Shown here piece after piece: positions 47,291-58,157 of a DNA stretch of 64,000 nucleotides. Below the pieces are notes generated by a model. That model saw only the letters and a list, made by a program, of their open reading frames with translations, made no database searches and was not told where the DNA came from. The first letter of the stretch is position 1. Each line of letters opens with the position of its first letter. The stretch spans positions 1-64,000 of IMG/VR virus record IMGVR_UViG_3300026097_001210; one strand, given 5' to 3'. The position numbers and the translations under genes are program-made. Origin of the DNA: a virus.

Positions 47291-47816
47291 AGAAGAAATC
47301 ACTAAACATTTAGACACTGTAAATAAAGTGGTTGGAGAATACCTTAAGGGAAACGATCCAACTAAAATTTCTAAACAGCTCGATATGCCCAGAACAAAGG
47401 TTGTTACTTTAATTAAAGAGTGGCAGTCCATGGCTTCTGATAATAGTGCTATTAGGGCTAGGGCTAAAGAAGCATTGGCTGCCGCGGATGAACACTATAG
47501 TAGATTAATTAGCCAAGCCTACGAAGTTATTGATGATGCAACAACCAATGGAGATTTGCGCAATAAGTCTGGTGGCATCAAACTTGTTATGGACTTAGAG
47601 TCCAAGCGCATTGAAATGTTGCAGAAAGCTGGGCTGTTAGAAAACAAAGAGCTAGCAGAAGAGATGTTGGAGATTGAGCGCAGGCAAGAGATCTTGATGG
47701 GTATTCTTAAGGATATTGCTGCAGAACATCCAGAAGTTCGTGATAAAATTATGGGCAAGCTTTCAGAGGCTTCTCAGGGCTTAAATGAAACGGTAACGAT
47801 AGTACATAATGTTTGA
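47274..47816 (+). CDS. Probable terminase small subunit (HTH + coiled coil)
   Basis: YLKGNDPTKISKQLDMPRTKV HTH; overlaps the terminase large gene; GTG 47274 preferred over 47175. Confidence 0.6.
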   Translation: MSQSPEEEITKHLDTVNKVVGEYLKGNDPTKISKQLDMPRTKVVTLIKEWQSMASDNSAIRARAKEALAAADEHYSRLISQAYEVIDDATTNGDLRNKSGGIKLVMDLESKRIEMLQKAGLLENKELAEEMLEIERRQEILMGILKDIAAEHPEVRDKIMGKLSEASQGLNETVTIVHNV

Positions 47817-49584
47817 TGATTTTTTAGAGGCATTACAAGACAATCCATTCGAAGAAGAGCCCGTGGATGTTGTCACTTTTGTAGAAAGCGAAGACTTTTT
47901 AGGCCAACCACCGCTTTCTGAAATTCAATACGACATTGTCCGTGCAATGAGTCAAATTTACGAAAAACAAGACCTGGTAAGCTTGATGGGGCACGAAGAG
48001 GGGGCTCGTTATTATCAGAAGTATACTAAGAATGAAATTATTCTTCAGCTTGGTAAAGGATCTGGAAAAGACTTCACCTCTACCGTTGCAGTAGCTTTTG
48101 TTGTTTATAAACTGCTTTGTCTAAAAGATCCCGCCAGGTATTTTGGCAAACCTTCTGGCGATGCTATTGATATTATTAACGTTGCAATCAATGCGCAGCA
48201 AGCAAAAAACGTTTTTTTCAAGGGGTTTAAAAGTAAAATTGAGAGATCTCCATGGTTCGCAGGAAAATATTATGCCAAGATGGACTCAATAGAGTTTGAC
48301 AAATCCATTACCGTTTATTCTGGTCACTCAGAAAGAGAGTCTCATGAGGGCCTAAACTTGTTGATCGCTGTTTTGGATGAGATCTCTGGTTTTGCTAGTG
48401 AAACCGCAAGCGGCAACGACCAGGGTAAAACAGCAGACAACATATACAAGGCCTTCCGTGGTACGGTAGACTCTCGTTTTCCCGATTTAGGCAAGGTGGT
48501 TCTTCTTTCCTTCCCCCGATACCCTGGTGACTTTATATCCACAAAATATGAAGATTGTATTTTGGAGAAAGAAGTAGTTAAAAGAACACACACCTTTACT
48601 ATTAATCCAGAACTGCCAGAAAACCAAGAAGGAAATACTTTAGACATTGAGTGGGATGAAGATCACATTATTTCTTACAAATATCCAAACACTTATGCAC
48701 TTAAAAGACCTACTTGGGAAGTTAACCCCACTCGAAAAATAGAAGACTTTAAGCTAGCCTTCTTTACTGATATGGGGGATGCAATGATGAGATTTTTATG
48801 CATTCCCAAATTTGCGTCAGATACTTTTTTCAAGCAACGTGAAAAGGTTCAGTCTTGTATGACTGGGCGTAATCCTCTAGATACCTTTAGGCGCTTTGAT
48901 TCTAATTTTAAACCAGATAAAGATAAAAAGTATTTTGTCCACGCGGACCTTGCCCAAAAACATGACAAGTGTGCAGTGGCAATTGCTCACGTAGAAAAGT
49001 GGGTAAATATTCAAATTTCTAAAGACTACGAACAGGTTGTCCCCTTTGTAGTTGTAGATGCTGTAGCTTGGTGGGAGCCAAGGGTAGAGGGGCCAGTAGA
49101 CCTTTCAGAAGTTAAGCAGTGGATACAAGGACTTAAAAGGATGGGTTTTGATATTGGCATGGTTAGCTTTGACCGATGGCAGTCGTTTGATATTCAAAAC
49201 GAGCTAAAGTCTTACGGTATCAGAACAGAAACTGTTTCGGTAGCAAAAAAACACTATGAGGATTTGGCTATGCTTATTTATGAAGAGAGGGTCGTAATGC
49301 CAGCAATCGATCTTTTGTTTGAAGAGCTGACGGAGCTTAAAATTATGAGAAACAACAAGGTTGATCACCCCAGAAAGAAGTCTAAAGACCTTGCGGATGC
49401 TGTTTGTGGTTCTGTGTTTGGCGCTATCTCTCACACGCCAAGAGATAATGATCTTGAGGTAGAGGTTCACACCTTTAGAGATAGACCAAGAAGAGAACTT
49501 GAAGAGTTGCCAGATAACGTGATACAATATAAAGCCATGCCAGATGATGTTAAAGATTATTTGGATCGTTTTGGGCTTGTCTAG
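47809..49584 (+). CDS. Terminase large subunit
   Basis: Walker A GKGSGKD, Walker B VLDE, nuclease HADLAQKHD, SFDRWQS, DHP...KDLADA. Confidence 0.9.
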   Translation: MFDDFLEALQDNPFEEEPVDVVTFVESEDFLGQPPLSEIQYDIVRAMSQIYEKQDLVSLMGHEEGARYYQKYTKNEIILQLGKGSGKDFTSTVAVAFVVYKLLCLKDPARYFGKPSGDAIDIINVAINAQQAKNVFFKGFKSKIERSPWFAGKYYAKMDSIEFDKSITVYSGHSERESHEGLNLLIAVLDEISGFASETASGNDQGKTADNIYKAFRGTVDSRFPDLGKVVLLSFPRYPGDFISTKYEDCILEKEVVKRTHTFTINPELPENQEGNTLDIEWDEDHIISYKYPNTYALKRPTWEVNPTRKIEDFKLAFFTDMGDAMMRFLCIPKFASDTFFKQREKVQSCMTGRNPLDTFRRFDSNFKPDKDKKYFVHADLAQKHDKCAVAIAHVEKWVNIQISKDYEQVVPFVVVDAVAWWEPRVEGPVDLSEVKQWIQGLKRMGFDIGMVSFDRWQSFDIQNELKSYGIRTETVSVAKKHYEDLAMLIYEERVVMPAIDLLFEELTELKIMRNNKVDHPRKKSKDLADAVCGSVFGAISHTPRDNDLEVEVHTFRDRPRRELEELPDNVIQYKAMPDDVKDYLDRFGLV

Positions 49585-49646
49585 TACAAAATATTGTGCA
49601 TATTTTAAGATTTGACCACTAGGTTTTGTGTAAAGGAAGAGTATAA

Positions 49647-50060
49647 TTGTTACCTATTGACATCGTGTACTTCTCTCACAAGTCCGAAAACACTAAAAGA
49701 TTTGTAGAAAAACTAGATGTCAATGCTTACAGGATACCGCTAGATTGGGATGACAGCAATCCTTACCAACACTTAAGTGATTATGTGTTGGTATTGCCAA
49801 CTTATGGTAACGGTAATGATAGACATACTATCCCTAAGCAAGTAAAGAAATTTCTAAACATACCAGAGAATAGAAATCATCTCAAGGGTGTGATTGGAAC
49901 GGGTAATACAAACTTTGGAGAGCACTTCTGCAAAGCAGCATATATGATTGCCGCAAAAGTGGGGGTACCTCTGATTGCTAAAGTAGAAATCTTTGGCACA
50001 GAACAAGACGTTGAAAAAGTAAAAGAAGGGTTAAGGCTGCTTTATGAGTACGAACTATAG
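49647..50060 (+). CDS. nrdI: Class Ib RNR flavodoxin
   Basis: [27 protein letters not shown]. Confidence 0.93.
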   Translation: MLPIDIVYFSHKSENTKRFVEKLDVNAYRIPLDWDDSNPYQHLSDYVLVLPTYGNGNDRHTIPKQVKKFLNIPENRNHLKGVIGTGNTNFGEHFCKAAYMIAAKVGVPLIAKVEIFGTEQDVEKVKEGLRLLYEYEL

Positions 50061-52161
50061 CTATCACGAGCTAAACGCAATGCTAAATCTATATGATGAG
50101 AATGGCAAGATTCAATTTGACAAAGACAGGGAAGCAGCTAAAAGATACTTTCTTGATCACGTAAACCAAAATACTGTATTCTTTCACAGCTTAGAAGAAA
50201 AGATTGAATATCTAATAGAAGAAGAATACTACGAAAAAGAGTTGCTGGATCAGTATGACTTCGAGTTTATTAAGTCTTTGTTTAAGCAAGCATATGCACA
50301 CAAATTTCGATTCCCCACCTTTGTTGGGGCGTACAAGTTTTACACCAGCTACGCACTAAAGACATTTAATGGTAGTCGCTACCTTGAAAGGTTCGAAGAT
50401 CGCGTCTGTATGAACGCCCTGATGCTTGCTAGAGGCGATAAGAAACTTGCTCAAAACCTAGTAGACGAGATTATTTCTGGACGATTTCAACCAGCTACAC
50501 CCACCTTTTTAAACGCAGGCAAGAAGCAAAGGGGTGAGTTTGTGAGCTGTTTCCTGCTTCGCATTGAAGATAATATGGAGTCTATCTCACGAGGCATCAA
50601 CTCTTCATTGCAGTTGTCTAAGCGAGGAGGGGGTGTAGCACTTAACATGACAAACCTTCGTGAAGCTGGCGCACCGATTAAGAAAATTGAGGGCCAATCC
50701 TCTGGCGTTCTTCCAGTAATGAAACTGCTAGAAGACAGCTTTAGTTATGCCAATCAGCTAGGTGCTCGTCAGGGTGCTGGGGCGGTATATCTTAATGCAC
50801 ATCACCCAGATATCCTTCAGTTCCTCGACACCAAGCGAGAGAATGCGGATGAGAAGGTTCGTATCAAGACGCTAAGCCTTGGGGTAGTGGTTCCAGACAT
50901 TACCCTTGAGTTAGCCAAGTCAAACGAAGACATGTACCTATTTTCTCCATACGATGTGGAAAGAGTCTACGGCCTTCCTATGTCTGATATTTCTGTTACC
51001 GAAAAGTATCAAGAGATGGTGGACAACCCAGACATTCGTAAAAAGAAAATTAGTGCTCGCGGTTTGTTTCAAACTATTGCAGAGCTACAGTTTGAGTCGG
51101 GGTATCCTTACATTGTCTATGAAGACAACGTAAACAACGTAAACCCAATCGAAGGTCGAATCAATATGTCTAACTTGTGCTCTGAAATTTTGCAGGTAAA
51201 TGAGCCAACAACATACAACGACGACTTATCGTATAACCACATTGGTAGAGATATCAGCTGCAATCTGGGCTCAATGAACATTGCTAAAATGATGGAGTCG
51301 CCAGACTTTGGAAAGAGTGTTGACACAGCAATCAAGGCACTGACTTCTGTGGCCGATCTTAGCTACATCGAGTCTGTAATGTCAATTGCTGAGGGCAACA
51401 AAAAGACTAGAGCAATTGGTCTGGGTCAAATGAATCTTCACGGGTACTTTGGAAAAGAAAGAATGCATTATGGTGACGAGGAGTCTCTAGACTTTACCAA
51501 TATGTATTTTTATACTATTCTTTATCACTCTCTTAAGTCTTCTAACGAAACTGCTAAGAAGACTGGTAGCCCATTCTACAACTTTGAAAATTCGAAGTAT
51601 GCGACGGGAGAGTTCTTCGACAAATATACTAACATATCATGGGCACCTGTAACGAAAAAGGTTGCCAAGCTTTTTAAGGATGCCGACATTGAAATCCCCA
51701 ATCAGTCTGACTGGGAAAAGCTTAAGAAGTCTGTTATGAAGCATGGCTTATATAACCAGAATCTTCAGGCAGTACCGCCAACAGGATCAATTAGTTATAT
51801 CAATAACAGTACTAGCTCGATTCACCCTATCGCTTCTCAGGTTGAGATTCGTAAGGAAGGAAAGCTGGGGCGTGTTTACTATCCTGCACCATACCTTACA
51901 AACGACAACAGGGAATACTTCATGGATGCTTATGAAGTAGGGCCAGAAAAGATTATTGATGTGTATGCTGCTGCAAGCCAGCACGTAGACCAAGGCCTAT
52001 CCCTTACCTTATTCTTTAAAGACGAGGCAACCACACGTGATATCAACCGTGCACAGATTTACGCATGGAAGAAGGGTATCAAAACAATTTATTATATTCG
52101 TATTAGGCAACAGGCCTTAGAAGGAACAGAAATGGAGGGCTGCGTTTCTTGCCAGCTATGA
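50044..52161 (+). CDS. nrdE: Class Ib ribonucleotide reductase alpha subunit
   Basis: [39 protein letters not shown]-terminal CVSC. Confidence 0.96.
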   Translation: MSTNYSYHELNAMLNLYDENGKIQFDKDREAAKRYFLDHVNQNTVFFHSLEEKIEYLIEEEYYEKELLDQYDFEFIKSLFKQAYAHKFRFPTFVGAYKFYTSYALKTFNGSRYLERFEDRVCMNALMLARGDKKLAQNLVDEIISGRFQPATPTFLNAGKKQRGEFVSCFLLRIEDNMESISRGINSSLQLSKRGGGVALNMTNLREAGAPIKKIEGQSSGVLPVMKLLEDSFSYANQLGARQGAGAVYLNAHHPDILQFLDTKRENADEKVRIKTLSLGVVVPDITLELAKSNEDMYLFSPYDVERVYGLPMSDISVTEKYQEMVDNPDIRKKKISARGLFQTIAELQFESGYPYIVYEDNVNNVNPIEGRINMSNLCSEILQVNEPTTYNDDLSYNHIGRDISCNLGSMNIAKMMESPDFGKSVDTAIKALTSVADLSYIESVMSIAEGNKKTRAIGLGQMNLHGYFGKERMHYGDEESLDFTNMYFYTILYHSLKSSNETAKKTGSPFYNFENSKYATGEFFDKYTNISWAPVTKKVAKLFKDADIEIPNQSDWEKLKKSVMKHGLYNQNLQAVPPTGSISYINNSTSSIHPIASQVEIRKEGKLGRVYYPAPYLTNDNREYFMDAYEVGPEKIIDVYAAASQHVDQGLSLTLFFKDEATTRDINRAQIYAWKKGIKTIYYIRIRQQALEGTEMEGCVSCQL

Positions 52162-52181
52162 GTGTGTGATACCATAGATAT

Positions 52182-53686
<1,505 letters not shown>

Positions 53687-53689
53687 TCA

Positions 53690-53824
53690 ATGACATACGA
53701 ACAAGACCTAGCTAGCTGGCTAGCCGATCCTGATAATCTTAATAAATTTATCGGAGTAGCTGTTACAGAATCTTTGGGGTATAAGTTGACAGAAGACGGT
53801 CAATGGGTTAAACTATATTCATGA
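53690..53824 (+). CDS. Small hypothetical protein (44 aa), not in the ORF track
   Basis: MTYEQDLASWLADPDNLNKF...; fills the gap and has ATGA coupling to the next gene. Confidence 0.55.
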   Translation: MTYEQDLASWLADPDNLNKFIGVAVTESLGYKLTEDGQWVKLYS

Positions 53825-54003
53825 CAGTTCCTATTGAATCAATTGAATTTGCTGACTGGCTTCAGCAAGGTATGAATAATGGATGGATTTCTCGTCCCTT
53901 TTGCAATACGCACGATATGGATCCAGCCATGACAGAAGAAGAAGAAGCTGAATGGGAAGCAGGCGGGGACCCATGTCAACATGTTGTAAGGATAAATGTT
54001 TAA
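53821..54003 (+). CDS. Hypothetical protein
   Basis: WL..G...GWIS..FCNTHD..P....E..WE.GGDPC.HVVR. Confidence 0.65.
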   Translation: MTVPIESIEFADWLQQGMNNGWISRPFCNTHDMDPAMTEEEEAEWEAGGDPCQHVVRINV

Positions 54004-54750
54004 ATGAAAAGAATTTTTGACTGGAAATCAAATCATGATAACAGGTCTAGGCAATATAGCATCAGGCAGGTTATTGGAAACAACATTAAACCAACAAAAA
54101 TATTGTGGGAAGAGGGCACAGTTCTTGACCAGGGCTCGGAAGGGGCCTGTGTTGGATTTGCTTGGACGGCAGAGCTTTTAGCAGAGCCATCGGCTCCAGA
54201 GAGTCAGCCTAGCGAAGAATTTGCAAATGCATTAGCTAGTGAATTTTATCAGGAAGCCAAGCACGTTGATGAATGGCCAGGGACAAACTATGAAGGCACT
54301 TCAGTTTTGGCGGGTGCAAAAATTATGCATCGTAAAGGTTTTATCAAACAATATCGTTGGTGCTTTAGTGTAGACGAGGTAAGAGATGCCCTTATCGCAG
54401 AAGGCCCTGTAGTAATTGGAATACCCTGGCTAAGCGGTATGTATGAAACAGCACCTGGTGGTATTGTAAGGGTATTTGGAAAGCCAGTAGGTGGCCACGC
54501 TCTAGTTTTAACGGGGTACAACCCAGCAATGAACATTGGTCAATCCACAGAAGAGTGTTTCCGTTGGAGAAATTCCTGGGGGAATGATTATGGAAATAAC
54601 GGATCAGGATGGATTAGACGTAAAGATTTAGAAAAATTACTTGCCTCTAATGGAGAAGCTTGTGTTCCAATGCAAAGACAAACCCCTATTTTTAAGAAAG
54701 CAAAGGTATCTAAAATAAAACGATGGTTTAGTTTTATTTGTAAAAAATAA
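54004..54750 (+). CDS. Papain-like (C1A) cysteine peptidase
   Basis: DQGSEGACVG (Q, C), GGHA (H), RNSWG..YG..G (N). Confidence 0.85.
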   Translation: MKRIFDWKSNHDNRSRQYSIRQVIGNNIKPTKILWEEGTVLDQGSEGACVGFAWTAELLAEPSAPESQPSEEFANALASEFYQEAKHVDEWPGTNYEGTSVLAGAKIMHRKGFIKQYRWCFSVDEVRDALIAEGPVVIGIPWLSGMYETAPGGIVRVFGKPVGGHALVLTGYNPAMNIGQSTEECFRWRNSWGNDYGNNGSGWIRRKDLEKLLASNGEACVPMQRQTPIFKKAKVSKIKRWFSFICKK

Positions 54751-54758
54751 TTAAATAT

Positions 54759-54831
54759 TGGGGTGTGGCGAAATTGGCAGATCGTTCGATTGTTAATCGA
54801 TAGGTTGTAGAATCGTACCCTACCACCCCAG
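54759..54831 (+). tRNA. tRNA-Asn(GTT), atypical T arm
   Basis: Acceptor TGGGGTG/CACCCCA, G73, anticodon arm TCGA-TTGTTAA-TCGA; T loop ATCGTAC. Confidence 0.65.
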
Positions 54832-54860
54832 CGGTTCAATTTTTATGATATAATTGAACC

Positions 54861-55268
54861 ATGAAACACAAAAAAAATATTCTTAGGCTAAGGGCGGAGG
54901 GAAAATCTTATCGAGAGATCCAAAACATAATTGGCTGCTCTAAGGGAACTATTGCTTTTCATTTGGGCGAGGGGCAAAAAGAAAAATACTATGAAACAAC
55001 CAAAAGGAGAAGAACAGAGCTTTCTAGAAAAATTTGGGATATAAAAGAAGCCTCTGGCTGCGTTGATTGTGGAGAGAAATATCCTCACTTTATGTTGGAT
55101 TTTGACCATCTTCCAGGATATGAAAAAGTGAATAGCCCAACATATTTGGCCAGGACTTACAGCCTAAAAAGAGCAATGGAAGAAATTGAAAAGTGTGAAA
55201 TTGTTTGTGCAAATTGTCACAAAATTAGAACCTGGAACAGAAATATTAATCCAGAACAGATAGCCTAA
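54861..55268 (+). CDS. HTH + HNH-type endonuclease
   Basis: N-terminal GKSYREIQ..GCSKGTI HTH; CVDCG..LDFDH..CEIVCANCH; leaderless TGATATAAT-N6-ATG. Confidence 0.82.
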   Translation: MKHKKNILRLRAEGKSYREIQNIIGCSKGTIAFHLGEGQKEKYYETTKRRRTELSRKIWDIKEASGCVDCGEKYPHFMLDFDHLPGYEKVNSPTYLARTYSLKRAMEEIEKCEIVCANCHKIRTWNRNINPEQIA

Positions 55269-55273
55269 TAATT

Positions 55274-55344
55274 GCGAATATAGTTTAATGGTAAAACTAC
55301 AGTCTTCCAAACTGTTGATGTGAGTTCGATTCTCACTATTCGCT
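55274..55344 (+). tRNA. tRNA-Gly(TCC)
   Basis: GCGAATA/TATTCGC, ACAGT-CTTCCAA-ACTGT, GTGAG-TTCGATT-CTCAC, U73. Confidence 0.92.
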
Positions 55345-55345
55345 C

Positions 55346-55417
55346 GGCCCTGTAGCTCAAAGGAAGAGCATCCGCCTGTCCAGCGGAAGGTTGAGATTTC
55401 GAAATTCTTCAGGGTCG
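55346..55417 (+). tRNA. tRNA-Asp(GTC)
   Basis: GGCCCTG/CAGGGTC, TCCGC-CTGTCCA-GCGGA, G73. Confidence 0.85.
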
Positions 55418-55434
55418 CTGATAATTAAATATAT

Positions 55435-55506
55435 GCCCCCTTAGCTCAAAGGCAGAGCGCCACTCTTGTAAAGTGGAGGTTGAGATCTCGGAATTCTCAG
55501 GGGGCT
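55435..55506 (+). tRNA. tRNA-Thr(TGT)
   Basis: GCCCCCT/AGGGGGC, CCACT-CTTGTAA-AGTGG. Confidence 0.85.
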
Positions 55507-55521
55507 CTAATAATTAAATAT

Positions 55522-55599
55522 GCCCCTGTAGCTCAGTGGATAGAGCGGAGTCCTTCTAAGTCTTGTCAGTCGCAGATTCGAATTCTGCCAGGGGCACCA
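55522..55599 (+). tRNA. tRNA-Arg(TCT) with encoded CCA
   Basis: GCCCCTG/CAGGGGC-A-CCA, loop CTTCTAA, A20 in D loop, GCAGA-TTCGAAT-TCTGC. Confidence 0.88.
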
Positions 55600-55620
55600 A
55601 AAGGAGATATAATATTAACA

Positions 55621-56049
55621 ATGTCAGCAGTGATTATTTATAATAATGGTGGTATGGAAATACTGGGTGCTGTCAGTGTTAAGAAGTCTATTACTATGCT
55701 ATACCGTGGCGTTGCACGGGTACGCACTGAATCGGAGGATGGGCGGTTTGGTCCATACCCTATCCCTAAGTCTTTAGAATTAAACAAATATATTTTTCCT
55801 AAGTGGAAGTATAGTAGAAAAACTATTCATTATTCTCGTAAGGGTGTTTTGGAGCGGGATGGATATATTTGTGCATATTGTCATGAGTATGCTAATACTA
55901 TTGATCATGTTATTCCTAAGTGTGATGGTGGGGAATCTACTTGGTTAAATACCGTCGCTTGTTGCAAAAAATGTAATACCGTAAAAGCTGGCAGAACACC
56001 AGAAAAGGCGAGTATGATTCTTAGGAATAAGCCTGCTATGCCAGCTTGA
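55621..56049 (+). CDS. HNH endonuclease (McrA-like)
   Basis: VLERDGYICAYC..TIDHVIP..GG.STW.N.V.CC..CN..K; true start 55621, not 55480. Confidence 0.88.
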   Translation: MSAVIIYNNGGMEILGAVSVKKSITMLYRGVARVRTESEDGRFGPYPIPKSLELNKYIFPKWKYSRKTIHYSRKGVLERDGYICAYCHEYANTIDHVIPKCDGGESTWLNTVACCKKCNTVKAGRTPEKASMILRNKPAMPA

Positions 56050-56074
56050 CAATGATATCGATGACCTGTATTAT
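56046..56074 (+). promoter_or_regulatory. Sigma-A/70-type promoter TTGACA-N17-TATTAT
   Basis: TTGACA 56046-51, 17-nt spacer, TATTAT 56069-74; drives the tRNA-like RNA and thyX. Confidence 0.75.
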
Positions 56075-56084
56075 TTAATGGTGA

Positions 56085-56160
56085 GCCCTGGTATCCCCTC
56101 ACGCTTATAACGTGTTGAAAGGGTAGTCGGTTCACGCGAGTTCAATCCTCGCCCAGGGTA
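56085..56160 (+). tRNA. Non-canonical tRNA-Ile(TAT)-like RNA with D-loop placed 3' of the anticodon arm
   Basis: Acceptor GCCCTGG/CCAGGGT, A73; T arm GCGAG-TTCAATC-CTCGC; anticodon arm CACG-CTTATAA-CGTG; no 5' D arm; AGTCGGT at 56125-31. Confidence 0.7.
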
Positions 56161-56177
56161 CAAAAAGAAGGAGAGCA

Positions 56178-56888
56178 ATGGAAAAAGTAAGTGTATTAGA
56201 TAAAGGTTATGTTCGACTTGTTGATCACATGGGTAGTGATTTGTCTGTAGTCAATGCAGCGAGGGTATCATATGATAAAGAATCAGAAGAAATAACAGAT
56301 CGTGATCGTAAACTACTTAATTTTTTAATTAGGGAAAAGCATACTTCTCCATTTCGTCATGCAGCTATGACTTTTGAAGTTTATGCCCCGCTTGTTGTGG
56401 CACGTCAGTGGTGGAAATATTCTGTATCTTCTACTCATGTTGATGATCAGAATGGGTGGAACGAATCTTCTAGAAGGTATATTACAGAGGATGAAGAGTT
56501 TTATGTCCCTACCGCCACGCAGTGGCGTAGCAAGCCTGAGAACAGCAAACAGGGCTCTGGAGAGCCAGTAGATGAGCTAGTGGGGCAAAGGTTTACCGAT
56601 AGACTAGAGGAGATGATTAGGTTGGGAGAAGAAGCCTATGAGTCCGCTATGGAGCAGGGCATCGCTCCAGAGCTTGCTAGACTATTTCTGCCAGCTTATG
56701 GCATGTATGTTCGCTGGCGTTGGACTACCTCTTTGCAGGGGGTAATGACATTTCTTGAACAACGTCTGCCTCATGATGCTCAATCAGAAATTAGAGAATA
56801 TGCTGATGCTGTTCTTAAACTATCTAAAAATATTTTCCCAGAAACCTTTAAGTCATACCTCGATCTTGACACACAAATCTGGGTATAA
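56178..56888 (+). CDS. thyX: Flavin-dependent thymidylate synthase
   Basis: VVNAARVSY, HTSPF, ARQW, NESSRRY, ELARLFLP, R...AQSEIR. Confidence 0.92.
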   Translation: MEKVSVLDKGYVRLVDHMGSDLSVVNAARVSYDKESEEITDRDRKLLNFLIREKHTSPFRHAAMTFEVYAPLVVARQWWKYSVSSTHVDDQNGWNESSRRYITEDEEFYVPTATQWRSKPENSKQGSGEPVDELVGQRFTDRLEEMIRLGEEAYESAMEQGIAPELARLFLPAYGMYVRWRWTTSLQGVMTFLEQRLPHDAQSEIREYADAVLKLSKNIFPETFKSYLDLDTQIWV

Positions 56889-56917
56889 TAGATACATTCA
56901 ACTACAAAGGAGACCTA

Positions 56918-57475
56918 ATGACAAATCTCAGGAAATGCACTTCCTGCGGAGTTGTCAACGATGGGGAAAATTTTCACAAAGGTAGTCCAGCAAAAGATGG
57001 ATATCAATCTAGATGTAAAAGTTGCAGAAACTCTTATATTGTTGAAAATAAAAAAAGATTTCCTGTTGACAAAAGCATTGCATCAAAAGCTTGCAAGAAA
57101 TGCTTTAAGGAGCGCGGGTCTGACAAGTTTCATTCCAACAATAGCCAGATTGACGGACTGTCTCCTTATTGTAAAAAATGTAGTGCAAAAAAAAGAAAGT
57201 CCTATTATACTTTAGAATATCGTGCGTCTTTGTATAATTTAGACATCAATGCTTTGAAAAATATGCTTGAGGGTGGATGCATGATTTGTGGATCGCATGA
57301 AAGACTTGTAATTGATCACGATCATTCCTGTTGCGATAAACAAAATTACAGTTGTGGAGAATGTGTTCGTGGGGTGCTATGCAACAGGTGCAACATCGGA
57401 TTAGCTCATTTTGCTGACAACATTTTAAAACTACACAATGCCATTAAATATTTAAACAAGGAGGATAAATGGTAA
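56918..57475 (+). CDS. Endonuclease VII-like homing endonuclease with N-terminal Zn-finger repeats
   Basis: Two CxxC...F...DG..S.CK.C repeats; CMICG..LVIDHDH..VRGVLCNRCN.GL. Confidence 0.85.
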   Translation: MTNLRKCTSCGVVNDGENFHKGSPAKDGYQSRCKSCRNSYIVENKKRFPVDKSIASKACKKCFKERGSDKFHSNNSQIDGLSPYCKKCSAKKRKSYYTLEYRASLYNLDINALKNMLEGGCMICGSHERLVIDHDHSCCDKQNYSCGECVRGVLCNRCNIGLAHFADNILKLHNAIKYLNKEDKW

Positions 57476-57693
57476 CCTTATATACTAAAGAAAACTGTGT
57501 CCAGTGCTCGATGACAAAACGACACATGGACAAGATTGGGGTAGAGTATACAACAGTAGACATTACCGAAGATACCGCTGCCCTTGACAGATTAATTGAA
57601 ATGGGGTACAAGGCTGCCCCCGTTGTTGTAACAGACAATGGTGAAAAATGGTCTGGCTTTCAACCTGAAAAAATTAACGAGCTAGCCGCTTAG
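57469..57693 (+). CDS. nrdH: NrdH-redoxin
   Basis: YTKENCVQC, GYKAAPVV, WSGFQPEKI. Confidence 0.92.
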   Translation: MVTLYTKENCVQCSMTKRHMDKIGVEYTTVDITEDTAALDRLIEMGYKAAPVVVTDNGEKWSGFQPEKINELAA

Positions 57694-58154
57694 CTTGTTG
57701 CCATATAGCTACCAGCTATATGAAAGCTATCTGATTGAGTCAATGTTATTGGTTCATTGTAGCTAAAGGGAAAGTCGTATATTCTGCTGGTAAACTGAAC
57801 GTCTGTTGTGTATAAAAGTAGATTAGTCTCTCCTTCATCTATCTCGCCAGAAATGTGATATATTCTACCAGTGCCGTTATCGTGAAGACATCCCTCTCTA
57901 AACATTCTGCTGTACTTAGAGGGAAAGGGCAAGGTAACGTAATACTGTCCAGTTCCAAAAGATGCAATGTTGGTAAAGTCTACAAAAATATTAAAATTAA
58001 CAAAGCTTCCCACCTTAATATAGGAAGCTGTAAAAGCGTTAAAGCCGCCAAAGTCTGGCTGAGTGCCACCAATTGTTCCACCCTCTGCCTGGAAGGCAAT
58101 CTCTTGTACGGAAGAGCTTATGTTGAATGCGCTTTGATCTGTAAATCTTGCCAT
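57690..58154 (-). CDS. Beta-rich fibre-head-like protein, paralog of 58158-58631
   Basis: MARFT, FGTGQYYVTLPF, GCLHD, DSFHIAGSY. Confidence 0.7.
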   Translation of the reverse strand: MARFTDQSAFNISSSVQEIAFQAEGGTIGGTQPDFGGFNAFTASYIKVGSFVNFNIFVDFTNIASFGTGQYYVTLPFPSKYSRMFREGCLHDNGTGRIYHISGEIDEGETNLLLYTTDVQFTSRIYDFPFSYNEPITLTQSDSFHIAGSYMATS

Positions 58155-58157
58155 TTT

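Noticed and set aside
55435-55506. tRNA-Tyr(GTA) reading
   Set aside because: The 7-nt loop register CT-TGT-AA and short variable arm give Thr(TGT)
55480-55620. N-terminal extension of the HNH ORF
   Set aside because: It runs through tRNA-Thr and tRNA-Arg; ATG 55621 is the plausible start
56866-56889. TTGACA/TATAAT pair before the EndoVII-like gene as a canonical -35/-10 promoter
   Set aside because: The spacer is only ~12 nt; the -10 may work alone, but the pair is not canonical
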